A stretch of DNA of 64,000 nt from Gammaproteobacteria bacterium (GTDB lineage Bacteria; Pseudomonadota; Gammaproteobacteria; Eutrophobiales; Eutrophobiaceae): positions 64,001 to 128,000 of the forward strand of contig OZ250183.1 in assembly GCA_965238225.1 (NCBI GenBank), read 5' to 3'. This document shows positions 1 through 11,165 of this stretch, piece after piece. Position 1 is the first letter of the stretch. Each line of letters starts with the position of its first letter. Under the pieces are notes generated by a model that had not been told where the DNA came from, made no database searches, and saw only the letters and a list, made by a program, of their open reading frames with translations. Made by a program: the position numbers and the translations under genes.

Positions 1-736
1 ATAGTGCCAAGCGAGACGAGCTAATAAAAGCCGACGCAAAAAATGCCGAAATTATCAAACCGATTTTACGCGGTAGGGATATTAAGGCGTATGAGCATCA
101 TTGGGCGGGATTGTGGATTATTGCTAAGTTTTAACAATAAACATCAACAATTATCCAGCCTGTAAAAAATATTAACTTTTGATGAGCGTTTAAAACCCCG
201 CTACTAAGATGGCACAAATTCAGAGCAGGTAATAATTATCCAAGACCAAATAGGCTATCAAAGACGCCAAGACAAAGATTGTATTACGCCTTATAATTTA
301 AGAAAATTGTGCGTATTTAAAGTTTGAAAAGGAAAAGATTGTTTATAATGATATTACTAGAAAACTCTCATTTTCATTGTCTAAAACTGAGCAATATTTT
401 AATATGATACAGTTTATTTTATCACGCAATAAACCCTAATTTATATTTTCAATTAGCCATTCTAAATTCAAGTTTAATTAATTGGTATTATAAGAAATTT
501 CTGCTCAATTAGGAGCAGGAACAGTAAGGATGTTTTGCGTTTATGTAGAACAACTCCCCATCCCCAAAATCCCAAAACCAAAGCAAAAGCCTTTCATTGA
601 CTTGGTAGATAAAATCCTAGCTGCCAAACAACAAGCCAAAAATACCACCGCCCTAGAAGCCAAAATTGATAAGATGGTTTATAAACTTTATGAGTTAAGT
701 AATGATGAAATAGCAATTATTGAGAATATAAAATGA
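1..736 (+). pseudogene. 3' part of a type IIG (Eco57I-like) restriction-modification enzyme with TaqI-like C-terminal specificity domain; multiply frameshifted and truncated by the window edge
   Basis: Frame-hopping translation gives ELIKADAKNAEIIKPILRGRDIKAY, FEKEKIVYNDIT, LAILNSSLINWYY and EQLPIPKI..PFIDLVDKILAAK..IDKMVYKLYEL. These segments are typical of this family's C-terminus. Several stops and frameshifts lie between 130 and 530. Confidence 0.75.
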
Positions 737-787
737 ATGTTGAAATAAAATGATAGACAGTGATACAGATTTATTTTACATGTTTGA

Positions 788-1879
788 TTAAACATTAAAG
801 CGAAAGTGCATAATATCGCCATCTTGCACGATATATTCCTTACCTTCCAAGCGCCATTTCCCGGCATCCTTTGCGCCTTGCTCACCTTGATATTCAATGA
901 AATCATCATAGGCGATTACTTCTGCGCGTATAAAGCCTTTTTCAAAGTCAGTATGTATGACTGACGCTGCACGCGGGGCAGAATCGTCTTGACGTAAAGT
1001 CCATGCACGAACTTCCTTCACGCCTGCTGTGAAATAAGTATGTAAGTTCAATAAGGAAAATCCCGCGCGAATGATTCTATTTAGCCCTGGCTCTAAAAGA
1101 TCGATCTCCTGCAAAAACTCCAGCCTTGATTCATCATCAAGTTCTGCAATATCAGATTCTATTGCAGCACAAATAGAGATCACTCCAGCACCTTCTTCTT
1201 GTGCAAGAGTTCTGAGTTTTGCTAACCAGCGGTTGCTGCTAATGCCTTCTTCTTCAACATTAGCAATATAAAGTGTTGGCTTTTGCGTCAGTAAGTGCAG
1301 TGGGTATAAGTCTTCTGTATCTTGCTCTTCTGTGTCCATTGAGCGTAATGGATTTCCTTTATCCAGATGGGCAATAGCTTTTTCAAAAAGTGCTTCTTGT
1401 CTGCGTGCATCCTTGTCCCCGCTTTTAACAGTCTTGCTTACCTTTTGTAAGGCGCGTTCAAGACTTTCTTGATCTGCTAAACATAATTCTGTGTTTATTA
1501 TCTCAATATCAGCCAGTGGATCAATCTTGCCCGAGACATGCACGACATTATTATCATCAAAACAACGCACTACATGGGCAATAGCGTGTGTTTCACGAAT
1601 ATTTGCCAGAAATTTATTACCCAAACCTTCGCCTTTTGAGGCACCCGCAACCAATCCGGCGATGTCAACAAACTCCACTGTTGCTGGTAAAATTCTCTGT
1701 GGGGAAACAATTCTTGCCAAGTGATTCAGTCGCGCATCAGGTACAGGCACAACGCCCACATTCGGATCAATGGTGCAGAAAGGATAATTTTCGGCACTGA
1801 TGGCGGAATTTGTCAAGGCATTGAATAAGGTTGATTTACCTACATTTGGAAGACCAACGATACCGCATTTAAAACCCAT
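788..1879 (-). CDS. ychF: Redox-regulated ribosome-binding ATPase YchF
   Basis: [19 protein letters not shown]-loop, [26 protein letters not shown]-terminal TGS domain; adjacent to pth. Confidence 0.98.
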   Translation of the reverse strand: MGFKCGIVGLPNVGKSTLFNALTNSAISAENYPFCTIDPNVGVVPVPDARLNHLARIVSPQRILPATVEFVDIAGLVAGASKGEGLGNKFLANIRETHAIAHVVRCFDDNNVVHVSGKIDPLADIEIINTELCLADQESLERALQKVSKTVKSGDKDARRQEALFEKAIAHLDKGNPLRSMDTEEQDTEDLYPLHLLTQKPTLYIANVEEEGISSNRWLAKLRTLAQEEGAGVISICAAIESDIAELDDESRLEFLQEIDLLEPGLNRIIRAGFSLLNLHTYFTAGVKEVRAWTLRQDDSAPRAASVIHTDFEKGFIRAEVIAYDDFIEYQGEQGAKDAGKWRLEGKEYIVQDGDIMHFRFNV

Positions 1880-1893
1880 AAAATTTGTCTGCT

Positions 1894-2490
1894 TTAATCT
1901 TCGTTAAGAGTGCTTTTCTGATGCAACACATTCATTGCCTTTTGTTCATCACCTGTGAATATCAATGGCATAATATCTACCGAGTCCTTAATCGCGATTT
2001 CAATTAGCTGATGATCTTCCTTGTTTGGCTTGCTCAAAACATAGGGTGTCACCCTATCCTGACTCCCTGGATGACCAATGCCTAATCGCAATCGTGTAAA
2101 AGATTTATCGCCCATCTGCGCGATGATATCTCGCAGACCATTATGACCCCCATGACCCCCAGCCTTTTTTAAACGCACAACCCCGGGGTCAAGATCAAGC
2201 TCATCATGCGCTACCAGTATCTCTTCAACAGAAATTTTATAAAAACTGGCCATTGCCTGAACTGAAAAACCGCTTCTGTTCATGAATGTCATGGGCTTAC
2301 ACAGCCAGCAGTCGATTTCTGCCGTCTGTATGCGGCAAATCTCAGCGTTGAACTTAGATTCAGGTCTAAATGAAAGGGAATATTCTGCAACAAGACAATC
2401 AACAAACCAAAACCCAGCATTGTGCCGAGCTAAAGCATGCTCAGTACCCGGATTACCGAGGCCAACAATTAACTTAAATGTTGGTGGCAC
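1894..2490 (-). CDS. pth: Peptidyl-tRNA hydrolase
   Basis: [38 protein letters not shown] motifs. Confidence 0.98.
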   Translation of the reverse strand: MPPTFKLIVGLGNPGTEHALARHNAGFWFVDCLVAEYSLSFRPESKFNAEICRIQTAEIDCWLCKPMTFMNRSGFSVQAMASFYKISVEEILVAHDELDLDPGVVRLKKAGGHGGHNGLRDIIAQMGDKSFTRLRLGIGHPGSQDRVTPYVLSKPNKEDHQLIEIAIKDSVDIMPLIFTGDEQKAMNVLHQKSTLNED

Positions 2491-2532
2491 TGTGTGCTCT
2501 TAAAAAAGATGATTTCTCATATAAAGGATCAC

Positions 2533-3207
2533 TTATTCGCCTGCATCTGCGTCTTTATCAGCATCTGTGACTTCTTCTGCTTCTGCTTCTGCCTCAGAAA
2601 CATCTTCATCTTCATCTTCGTCTTCTGCAACCACCTTAGGCATATGGACAGTTGCGACTATTTGCGCCGTATCACCACCGTGTAATAAAGCGGCAATTTC
2701 AGCACCTTCCGGCAAACTAAGATCAGCAAGGCGGATGCCTTCACCAATATTAACCTCGGCCAAATCAACTTCAATGTACTCAGGTAGATGTTTAGGCAGG
2801 CAGGCAATCTCCAGATCAGACATGACATGACTGACCACACCGCCTTGCTTAACGCCAACAGATTTATCCTCATTGATAAAATGCAATGGTACGCGCATGG
2901 TTAACTTCTCTTTTGCATCAATACGTAATAAATCAAGATGAAGTATCGCAGACTTATATGTGTGACGTTGTAAATCCTTCAGAACGACTTTCTCTTTCTC
3001 CTTACCAATCTGCAATGTCAGGATATGTGAATAAAAAGCCTCATTCTCAAGATGATGAGAGATATCGTCATGATCCATCATGATTGATGCGGCATCTTTC
3101 GCACCACCGTAAACAACTCCAAGGACTTTGCCTTCGCGACGCAGGCGGCGGCTCGCACCTTTACCCATGTCCTCGCGAGGTTCGGCAATTATTTCAAACG
3201 TTTCCAT
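2533..3207 (-). CDS. rplY: 50S ribosomal protein L25 / general stress protein Ctc (long form with acidic tail)
   Basis: GKGASRRLRREGKV..VVYGG, HLD, beta-domain CLPKHLPEYIEVDL. ATG at 3207 is preceded by a CAGGAG RBS. Confidence 0.96.
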   Translation of the reverse strand: METFEIIAEPREDMGKGASRRLRREGKVLGVVYGGAKDAASIMMDHDDISHHLENEAFYSHILTLQIGKEKEKVVLKDLQRHTYKSAILHLDLLRIDAKEKLTMRVPLHFINEDKSVGVKQGGVVSHVMSDLEIACLPKHLPEYIEVDLAEVNIGEGIRLADLSLPEGAEIAALLHGGDTAQIVATVHMPKVVAEDEDEDEDVSEAEAEAEEVTDADKDADAGE

Positions 3208-3240
3208 TACACTGCTCCTGCTATTTTTAATGAATGACAA

Positions 3241-3265
3241 GCCATATTTTGCGACCAAATATGGC
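3241..3265 (-). promoter_or_regulatory. Putative L25 autoregulatory leader hairpin
   Basis: Minus strand reads GCCATATTT-GGTCGCA-AAATATGGC, a perfect 9-bp stem with a GGTCGC loop just upstream of the rplY RBS. GGUCGC is recalled as the conserved element of gammaproteobacterial rplY leaders. Confidence 0.6.
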
Positions 3266-3359
3266 GTAAATGCTCGCTAAAAGCCGATAGGCTATTTAGC
3301 CTCAACACGAAAAGCCTGAAAATCCATAATAAATGATACTTAGGCTTCGCGGACAGCGC

Positions 3360-3387
3360 AGTATATAGAGAAGCCAGTGATATTCAA
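3360..3387 (-). promoter_or_regulatory. Candidate sigma-70 promoter for rplY
   Basis: TTGAAT-16 nt-TATACT followed by a GC-rich discriminator (GCGC). Confidence 0.4.
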
Positions 3388-3465
3388 TATTGACAAGGGG
3401 CTACAGTATCTGGCGACCTGAAGAATTACTGGCTTTGAGTATTTACCAAGCGCCTTAAAGAGGGC

Positions 3466-4419
3466 TTAGTCTACAAACATACTGCTCAGTGATTCGCTTT
3501 CGCTGATGCGACGTACACTCTCAGCAAGCATGGTCGCAACACTGAGCTGGCGAATTCTGTCACAGGTAACGGCTTCCGCTCTTAAAGGAATCGTGTTCGT
3601 TACCACAAGTTCGTCTAATTCGGAATTCTCGATATTCTTGACTGCATTTCCAGAAAGCACTGGGTGTGTACAGTAAGCAACTACTTTACTGGCACCATGT
3701 TCTTTAAGTGCCTGCGCCGCAGTACACAAGGTTCCTGCAGTATCCACCAAGTCATCAATAATGACACATTCACGACCGTCTACATCACCAATAATGTTCA
3801 TCACCTCAGATTCATTGGGATTCGGACGTCTTTTATCAATAATTGCCAAATCAGTATCATCCAGACGTTTTGCCAAGGCACGTGCACGAACTACACCACC
3901 AACATCAGGTGAAACAACCATCAAGTTCGGGTATTTATGTTTCCAAACATCTCCAAGCAGAATAGGTGATGCGTAAACATTGTCGAGCGCTATATCAAAA
4001 AAACCCTGAATCTGATCGGCATGTAAATCAACAGTCAACACTCGATCTATTTTGACTGAGGCAATCATGTTAGCAACTACCTTTGCAGTGATTGGGACTC
4101 GAGCAGAGCGACTTCTACGATCTTGCCGTGTATAGCCCATATAAGGGATCACTGCTGTAATACGCGTTGCAGATGCACGATGCACGGCATCAGCCATGAC
4201 CATTAGTTCCATTAAGTTGTCATTGGTTGGTGTGCAAATTGACTGTATGAGATAAACATCTGCGCCACGTATATTAGCCTTAATCTCAACCATCACCTCG
4301 CCATCACTAAAACGTCCAACATTTATCTTGCCAAGTGGTAAAGTCAAATGCGCAGCAATATCTACCGCTAGCTTGGGGCAGGCATTACCTGCAAACGCTA
4401 TTATATTTGATAAAGTCAT
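3466..4419 (-). CDS. prs: Ribose-phosphate pyrophosphokinase
   Basis: [53 protein letters not shown]. Confidence 0.98.
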   Translation of the reverse strand: MTLSNIIAFAGNACPKLAVDIAAHLTLPLGKINVGRFSDGEVMVEIKANIRGADVYLIQSICTPTNDNLMELMVMADAVHRASATRITAVIPYMGYTRQDRRSRSARVPITAKVVANMIASVKIDRVLTVDLHADQIQGFFDIALDNVYASPILLGDVWKHKYPNLMVVSPDVGGVVRARALAKRLDDTDLAIIDKRRPNPNESEVMNIIGDVDGRECVIIDDLVDTAGTLCTAAQALKEHGASKVVAYCTHPVLSGNAVKNIENSELDELVVTNTIPLRAEAVTCDRIRQLSVATMLAESVRRISESESLSSMFVD

Positions 4420-4529
4420 AACAAGCTCTGGCAGTGGTTAGAGACCAAGGGATTATATACCTAAAATCTGAAAAACATTGGCAATTCTTTAAAAGTCTTA
4501 ATGGACATAAAATATTTGGTGTAATTTAA

Positions 4530-4921
4530 TTTGCGCCGATATTGCTCCCTATAATGACTCGTAAACATAGCCTTATGTGCAAATTCAGATCTTTACAAAA
4601 CTATAATTTTTTACTGTTACAGGTCAATTTATATGCGCTGTACATGTGCCCAATACGATTCACCAATAATAATTTGTTCAGCATGCGGTTTTCCATCTTT
4701 TTCTATTGAAGGCAGAACCATAAGTATCTCTAACTGGAATAGCAGAATCAATTTTATATCTATAAAAGCCACAATCGTTACTTGCAGTTGTGATAAAAGT
4801 TTTGCTAATTGGAATTAATTCCAATTCATCAGCATACTGTTGGGAAATACAGATATTAGATACACCTGTGTCAAAATCAAAAGAAGTAAAACTAAATATA
4901 TTCTCATTTTGATCACATCTT
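4530..4921 (-). pseudogene. Remnant of a retropepsin-like (clan AA) aspartic protease gene
   Basis: The start-less frame 4921-4678 reads FDFDTGVSNICISQQYADELELIPISKTFITTASNDCGFYRYKID (DTG motif, helix, flap). A downstream fragment near 4550 reads VIIGSNI. Confidence 0.45.
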
Positions 4922-5026
4922 TCTTAATCAAGATTTCAAATATCGCCAATGACGTACAATACACCACCTATACTGGGATTTTGAGCGTCTACCGCAAAAA
5001 AGGGGGGGAGTTTAAAGGAAAAGTAA

Positions 5027-5102
5027 TGGCTGGGGTGCCAGGATTCGAACCTGGGAATGCTGGGATCAAAACCCAGTGCCTTAACCGCTTGGCCACACCC
5101 CA
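5027..5102 (-). tRNA. tRNA-Gln (anticodon TTG)
   Basis: TGGGGTGTGGCCAAGCGGTTAAGGCACTGGGTTTTGATCCCAGCATTCCCAGGTTCGAATCCTGGCACCCCAGCCA; cloverleaf, encoded CCA, canonical position between ispE and prs. Confidence 0.98.
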
Positions 5103-5172
5103 AAAACTGCCGTTTTGTCCACACATCTCTAACGGACAATGATTATTCTATATTTTTTGCGCCATAGTTTTC

Positions 5173-6039
5173 TTATTTTAAGTTTTCTTGTTTTAGTTTT
5201 TCTTGTTTTAGGCGAGCTTGTAGTGGTGAATTATTTAAACCTTTTGCCACAAACCCTTGCCAGCCTTGGGGTAATTTATCATAAACAAATTCTGCCTGTT
5301 GCTGCTTATCAAATCCAGCAAAAACACAGGCACCCGTTCCAGTCATTCTGGCAACTGAAAATTTACCCAGCCAATCAAGCGCTGTCGCCACTTGTGAGTA
5401 TAAATTCCTCACCACAGATTCACAATCATTGTGCCCACCATTCTCCATGAAGTCGCGTATCTTGATGGCAGGGGTGTCACGTGTCAATTCGGGTGAATTA
5501 AATATTTTCCTAGTCGATACAACACAATCCGGCCGCAAAACAAGATACCAAAATTCACGAAGGTGGATAGCTTGTAATTGCTCACCAACACCTTGTGCCC
5601 AAGCTGCGTTACCGCGCACAAAAACGGGCACATCAGCACCCAGTTGTAAACTTACCTTTGCCAATTTATCAACAGAAAATTCAAGACCCCAAAGATGATT
5701 CAATGCTACCAACGTTGTTGCCGCATCCGAGCTTCCTCCGCCGAGCCCCCCTCCTACAGGCAATTTTTTTTGCAGTGTGATATCTACACCTAAGTTACAC
5801 GATGCTGTTTTTTGCAATGCCTTCGCTGCGAGAACAGTCAAATTGTCCGCTTCAAAAACACCGTGCCAATCAGATTGACAGGAAATCACAGCATCGTCTC
5901 TTATACTAAAATCTAGTAAATCACTAAAATCTATAAATTGAAAAACAGTTTGTAATAGATGATAGCCATCCTGACGCTGGCCTGTGATATGCAGCATCAA
6001 ATTGAGCTTGGCGGGGGCAGGCCAATGACGACTAATCAT
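5173..6039 (-). CDS. ispE: 4-diphosphocytidyl-2-C-methyl-D-erythritol kinase
   Basis: PAPAKLNLMLHITG, GYHLLQT, PVGGGLGGGSSDAA, LGADVPVF, MTGTGACVF. Confidence 0.97.
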   Translation of the reverse strand: MISRHWPAPAKLNLMLHITGQRQDGYHLLQTVFQFIDFSDLLDFSIRDDAVISCQSDWHGVFEADNLTVLAAKALQKTASCNLGVDITLQKKLPVGGGLGGGSSDAATTLVALNHLWGLEFSVDKLAKVSLQLGADVPVFVRGNAAWAQGVGEQLQAIHLREFWYLVLRPDCVVSTRKIFNSPELTRDTPAIKIRDFMENGGHNDCESVVRNLYSQVATALDWLGKFSVARMTGTGACVFAGFDKQQQAEFVYDKLPQGWQGFVAKGLNNSPLQARLKQEKLKQENLK

Positions 6040-6626
6040 GAGTTTATATCCCAAGCCTGTATGATTAATTTTAATTTAAAGTGATCGTTATGTATAAATA
6101 TCTTGGCTGGCAAGTAAATGCCGCCTACATCCATATAACGTTTAATCATAATATTCCAACCTGCTTGCTGCATTTTTGTAATCCGACCCTCCTTATCGAA
6201 TCGCTGATTTATTACATCCACTCCGGGTTCTTGCAAGCCACGCACCCAGTACCTAAAACTACTTACGGGAATATGCCACCCTACAGATTGCATCAGTAAA
6301 GTCTCGGCATCTTTTGCATGTAACATTTTATTTTTCGCAGTTAGAAAGTACACACCATTGACCCCATTGTTTCCCAGCATATAAGTCCCTTGCCCTAGTG
6401 GTGCAATAAAACGCATCAAATAACGTTCATGGTTTTGCGACCAGTAAAATGTCAACATCCCACTTTCTTTTTTGCTGACAAGAGAGAGTCGACCATTTAA
6501 ATTCCAGCTTTGAATTTTTTCTCGTTGATTTTGCAGATCAAGATTTATCCCTCTGTCAGGGCGCAAAGGAACCTTAGAGCAAGCAACAAAGAATGCCAGT
6601 AAGATTAGAAGATAGGCTTTTTTCAC
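6036..6626 (-). CDS. lolB: Outer-membrane lipoprotein insertase LolB
   Basis: Lipobox FVAC, W-x-L-x-GRL, APLGQG, GWHIPV..YWVRG; upstream of ispE. Confidence 0.92.
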   Translation of the reverse strand: MKKAYLLILLAFFVACSKVPLRPDRGINLDLQNQREKIQSWNLNGRLSLVSKKESGMLTFYWSQNHERYLMRFIAPLGQGTYMLGNNGVNGVYFLTAKNKMLHAKDAETLLMQSVGWHIPVSSFRYWVRGLQEPGVDVINQRFDKEGRITKMQQAGWNIMIKRYMDVGGIYLPAKIFIHNDHFKLKLIIQAWDINS

Positions 6627-8443
6627 GGATTAAAGCGATTTATAACATTGTGCAATTTGTCATCATCAGGGGCTTCTTGCAAAGCAGTATCCCATATCTC
6701 CTGTGCAGTTTTCTTATCACCTTTAACCCAAAGCACTTCTCCTAGATGCGCTGCAATTTCCGAGTCGCTCTTTTTAGCAAGTGCTTTTTCAAGAAAAATA
6801 ATGGCTTCATCCAAACGACCTTGTCTGTATAAAATCCATCCCATGCTATCGAGTATATAATGGTCATCTGGACTAATCTCTAAGGCAGATTTTATTAATT
6901 CGTACGCTTCCCCGTAACGATCTGTCCTGTCTGAAAGTGTATATCCTAAAGCATTTAAAGCTTGCGAATTCTTAGCATCCTTTTCAATAATCGCACGCAG
7001 ATCTCTTTCCAATATATCCAAACGATCCATCTTTTCTGCCAGCATAGCTCTTGAATAAAGAAAATCTTGATCATATTTGTTCTGTAATGCCTTATCGTAG
7101 ATATTCATAGCCTCTTGATAAAGTTTTACATCAATCAACATCTCCGCCTCAACTTCTATCAGGATATTTTTCTCCTCACTATTGCGCGTGTTAGTCTCGT
7201 GTAGATGTGTCCGTGCCTCTTCAATTTTTCCTTGCTTGCCTAACAATACGCCTATGCGAATTTGTGCATTAAAATAATTATTACCGCCAGAGACAGCCTG
7301 ATACCAGTCGCCAGCTTTTTTCAAATCATCCTGTTCTTCAGCAATTCTTCCCAAATAATAACTTGCGTTATCACCATAGCCTTCGATTTCTGATAGTCTG
7401 ATGAAATAATTTTCAGCATCATCCATGTTGTTCGTGTACATACACAGCAAACCCAACGCAAGTAATACATCTGGATCAGCAGGATTTTGTACAGCGAGTA
7501 TTTCAAATTGCTGTTTTGCCTCGTCATAACGTTTAAGATCAGACAGGATACGCGCATAAAAGATGCGCAGATTAAAATTATCTTTGTTCTTCTTTAGTGT
7601 ATCTTCTAACCACGCCGCAGCCTCAGCTTCCCAACCCATTTTATTTAATACCGCTATATAGGTCATTGCGACATTGTTATCTTCTGGTGTTAGTACCAAT
7701 ACCTGCTCAAGGACTTCACGCGCCTTGGGTAATTCAGCCAGCCGAGTCAATATTTGCGCATAAGCGAACAATACTTCAGGGTTACTTTGATGAGCTTTCA
7801 TCAAATCTTCCAGTATTGACTTTGCCTGAACCTTGTCTTTTTCTCTGCCAAGGAGATTAGCAACCATCCATAATTTCTGACTCAGGTTTTTTTTGCGCTT
7901 ATCTGATTTGAGAATAATCTCGAAATGCTCCAATGCCTTCTCTGTATTACCTTCTCTTACTGCCAGCACAGCCAGAATCTGGTGAGCCTCTAAGTTTCCG
8001 GGATCTATCTCGTTCCACAAATGAGCCGTTTCTTTTGCCGCAACATCATTGCGCGCATAAATAGCAATCCGCGTTGCTCTGCTGACAAACAGTGGATCGC
8101 GGGTTATTCGCGCCAGATACAGATAATTTTCAACTGCAATATCAAGCTGATTTCTTTGTCCGGCAATCTCTGCCAACAAGAACCTAAAAAGAATATCTTC
8201 GGTTAATTCTATTTTTGGGCGAGATGGCGCTAATTCCCCTGCTGTTTCTTGCTTGGCATTTTGTACCTGCACGGGCTGGCTTGTATCATCTGCCATTTCT
8301 GCTAGCGTATGAGCAGACTGCTGCAAAGGCACGGCACAAGCACCGGTAAATAGCACTGCAATGGCAGCTAAGTGCGTGCGTGCGGACTTTATTTTGATAT
8401 CATTTATTGCCATAAATAAGCTGTGCTGTTTAATTCTAATCAT
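6623..8443 (-). CDS. Tetratricopeptide-repeat lipoprotein (PA4667/LbcA-like)
   Basis: Lipobox-like FTGAC, many TPR helices, ALNALGYTL, ILDSMGW, EIAAHLGEVLW; conserved position between hemA and lolB. The true start may be slightly downstream. Confidence 0.85.
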   Translation of the reverse strand: MIRIKQHSLFMAINDIKIKSARTHLAAIAVLFTGACAVPLQQSAHTLAEMADDTSQPVQVQNAKQETAGELAPSRPKIELTEDILFRFLLAEIAGQRNQLDIAVENYLYLARITRDPLFVSRATRIAIYARNDVAAKETAHLWNEIDPGNLEAHQILAVLAVREGNTEKALEHFEIILKSDKRKKNLSQKLWMVANLLGREKDKVQAKSILEDLMKAHQSNPEVLFAYAQILTRLAELPKAREVLEQVLVLTPEDNNVAMTYIAVLNKMGWEAEAAAWLEDTLKKNKDNFNLRIFYARILSDLKRYDEAKQQFEILAVQNPADPDVLLALGLLCMYTNNMDDAENYFIRLSEIEGYGDNASYYLGRIAEEQDDLKKAGDWYQAVSGGNNYFNAQIRIGVLLGKQGKIEEARTHLHETNTRNSEEKNILIEVEAEMLIDVKLYQEAMNIYDKALQNKYDQDFLYSRAMLAEKMDRLDILERDLRAIIEKDAKNSQALNALGYTLSDRTDRYGEAYELIKSALEISPDDHYILDSMGWILYRQGRLDEAIIFLEKALAKKSDSEIAAHLGEVLWVKGDKKTAQEIWDTALQEAPDDDKLHNVINRFNP

Positions 8444-8694
8444 TCAACTCTAACCATAATATTTATAAGAAGCGTCTAACAGGAGGCTTTACATTGTGCG
8501 CAAATGTTCCTTAGCATTCACTAAATACACATATGATTTGCATAATATTTTCGTCATTATGCCCTGATTTTCAATCCTAGCAACAAACATGCTAATGAAT
8601 ACTAAGGTCTTAATACAAGCCTTTTTTCCTTGTTTTCCGCGACTTCATCGCTCAGAATTAACAGTCTGTGTATTAGCAGCATTTATATAAATAT

Positions 8695-9975
8695 ATGACT
8701 ATCTTGGCTTTCGGCATAAATCACACGACCACCCCGATTTCCCTCAGGGAGAAGGTTGTTTTCGGGAATGACGTCATGCCTCAAGCATTGGCAGAGCTTA
8801 CTCATCAAAAAGGCGTGAATGAAGCCGCAATACTGTCGACTTGCAACCGTACCGAGGTCTATTGCAGCTTGGAAGAAGCAAGAAATGAACGTCCTATCAA
8901 CTGGCTGTCTGAATATCATGGCTTAGAACGCCAGCAACTGGCTCCTTTCCTCTACAAACATCCTGATGCCCATGCCGTCAAACATATGCTTCGCGTTGCC
9001 AGCGGTTTAGATTCTATGGTGCTTGGCGAGCCACAAGTATTGGGTCAGTTAAAATCTGCTTATCAAGCCGCACTTAAAGCGGGCAGTATTGGCAAGCTTC
9101 TAGGGCAACTTTTCCAACACTCATTCAAGGTTGCCAAGAAAATAAGAACAAATACAACTATAGGCAACCACCCGGTCTCTGTCGCATTCGCTACAGTCAG
9201 GTTAGCACAACAAATTTTTGGCGATCTCTGTGGACAAACTGCATTATTAATCGGCGCAGGAAATACCATTGAACTAACAGCAAAACATCTTCAAGAAAAT
9301 GGGCTCTCGAATATGATTATTGCCAACCGAACCTTTGAATCTTCACAACAACTGGCCAAAAAATATTCAGCCCATGCCATCACTCTAGGAGACATCCATA
9401 AGCATCTGGCAAAAGCCGATATTATTATTTCGTCAACGGCTAGCCAATTGCCAATTCTCGGTAAAGGTGCTTTTGAAAGTGCAATTAAGGTACGCAAACA
9501 TAGACCTATGTTTGTTGTTGATATCGCAGTTCCTCGTGACATCGAACCAGAGACAGGTAACCTCAGCGATGTTTATTTATATACCGTAGATGATCTAAAA
9601 AATATCATTCAAGATAATATACACAATCGTAAAAAGGCTGCTCGACAAGCAGAAGAAATTATTGATACGCAAGTAACGCATTTTATGGATTGGCTGGGTT
9701 CGCTAGATGCGGTTTCAGTAATCCGTACAATACGAGATAAGGCACAATCTATACAAGAAGAAGCAATGATCCTTGCACAAAAAGAACTACAAAAAGGCGT
9801 AGACCCAGAACAGGTACTACAAGATGTCACTCGAACTCTGACCAATAAATTAATTCATTCCCCAAGTAGCCAGTTACGCGCTGCCAGCGCAGATGGGAGA
9901 AACGATTTACTCTCAGCTGCCTACGAACTTTTTGATCTAGATACAGAACACTCCACACAAGATCTAAAAAAATAG
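8695..9975 (+). CDS. hemA: Glutamyl-tRNA reductase
   Basis: GINH, LSTCNRTEVY, SGLDSMVLGEPQVLGQ, IGAG, DIAVPRDI. Confidence 0.98.
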   Translation: MTILAFGINHTTTPISLREKVVFGNDVMPQALAELTHQKGVNEAAILSTCNRTEVYCSLEEARNERPINWLSEYHGLERQQLAPFLYKHPDAHAVKHMLRVASGLDSMVLGEPQVLGQLKSAYQAALKAGSIGKLLGQLFQHSFKVAKKIRTNTTIGNHPVSVAFATVRLAQQIFGDLCGQTALLIGAGNTIELTAKHLQENGLSNMIIANRTFESSQQLAKKYSAHAITLGDIHKHLAKADIIISSTASQLPILGKGAFESAIKVRKHRPMFVVDIAVPRDIEPETGNLSDVYLYTVDDLKNIIQDNIHNRKKAARQAEEIIDTQVTHFMDWLGSLDAVSVIRTIRDKAQSIQEEAMILAQKELQKGVDPEQVLQDVTRTLTNKLIHSPSSQLRAASADGRNDLLSAAYELFDLDTEHSTQDLKK

Positions 9976-9995
9976 CTTGGCCTAGCTATTTTTTT
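9966..9995 (+). terminator. Possible weak intrinsic terminator after hemA
   Basis: AAAATAGCT-TGGCCT-AGCTATTTT inverted repeat running into a T tract; the stem is AT-rich. Confidence 0.3.
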
Positions 9996-10060
9996 CATTC
10001 TGGATTTTAATCTGCCGAATTTTAACTTTTATTATCGTATTAAAATTAATATAAACTCAA

Positions 10061-11143
10061 ATGAAAGAAAGCCTATTAAACAAACTAGATAATCTAAGCG
10101 AGCGCTTACAGGAACTAGAAGCGCTATTATCTGACCCTGATATTATTAATAACCAAAATAAATTTCGTGAATATTCAAAAGAGCATGCCGATATAAATCC
10201 TGTTGTCGCGAGTTTTGAAAATTACACCAGCACACTGGATAGTATCGCTTCGGCAAAGACGATGATGAGTGATAAGGATAAGGAAATCCGTGAACTTGCG
10301 CACGAAGAATTAAAACTTGCAGAACAAAAAAGTGAATCACTGAAAAATGAATTACAAATGCTTCTGCTGCCAACAGACCCCGCAGACGACAGCAATATAT
10401 TCTTGGAGATTCGTGCTGGTACTGGAGGTGAAGAAGCTGCGCTTTTTTCTACAACATTACTGAAGATGTATTCTCGTTACGCTGAACTTCGTGGTTGGCA
10501 AATCGAAATCATGAGCCAAACATTAAGTGATTTAGGCGGCTATAGAGAAGTCATTATGCGCATTATAGGCGAGAAGGCTTATTCGAGATTGAAATTTGAA
10601 TCTGGCGCGCACCGTGTACAACGTGTGCCGGAAACGGAATCACAAGGGCGGATACATACTTCTGCATGTACAGTTGCAGTCATGCCAGAAATATCTGATG
10701 TCGGCGAAACCAAAATCAATACGGCAGATTTACGTATTGATACTTTTCGCGCCTCAGGCGCTGGTGGGCAGCATGTAAATAAAACTGACTCTGCCATCCG
10801 ACTAACGCATATCCCCACAGGCGTTGTTGTCGAATGTCAGGATGAACGTTCCCAACACAAAAATAAGGCACGCGCCTTATCGCTCCTGCAAGCAAAACTT
10901 ACCGACGCTGCAAAAGCAAAACAGACAGAAGAACAGGCAGAAGATCGCAGGAACCTGGTGGGCAGCGGTGATCGTTCAGAAAGAATTCGTACTTATAATT
11001 TTCCTCAGGCACGCGTTACTGATCACCGTATTAACCTCACTTTATATAGACTTGATGAATTTATTGAAGGCAATATTGATATGGTGATTGATCCGCTTAT
11101 AAACGAATATAAGGCTGATCAACTGACAGCACTTTCCGAATAA
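10061..11143 (+). CDS. prfA: Peptide chain release factor 1
   Basis: [19 protein letters not shown] (PxT), [17 protein letters not shown]. Confidence 0.98.
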   Translation: MKESLLNKLDNLSERLQELEALLSDPDIINNQNKFREYSKEHADINPVVASFENYTSTLDSIASAKTMMSDKDKEIRELAHEELKLAEQKSESLKNELQMLLLPTDPADDSNIFLEIRAGTGGEEAALFSTTLLKMYSRYAELRGWQIEIMSQTLSDLGGYREVIMRIIGEKAYSRLKFESGAHRVQRVPETESQGRIHTSACTVAVMPEISDVGETKINTADLRIDTFRASGAGGQHVNKTDSAIRLTHIPTGVVVECQDERSQHKNKARALSLLQAKLTDAAKAKQTEEQAEDRRNLVGSGDRSERIRTYNFPQARVTDHRINLTLYRLDEFIEGNIDMVIDPLINEYKADQLTALSE

Positions 11144-11165
11144 ATCATTACGAAGCTTAAGCTGT

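Noticed and set aside
2567-2630. Short TTCTGC and TCTTCA repeats and a Ser-rich antisense ORF
   Set aside because: Ordinary acidic low-complexity tail of L25/Ctc
4840-5450. ORFs 4840-5142, 4936-5139 and 5139-5450
   Set aside because: They overlap tRNA-Gln or ispE and have no recognisable motifs
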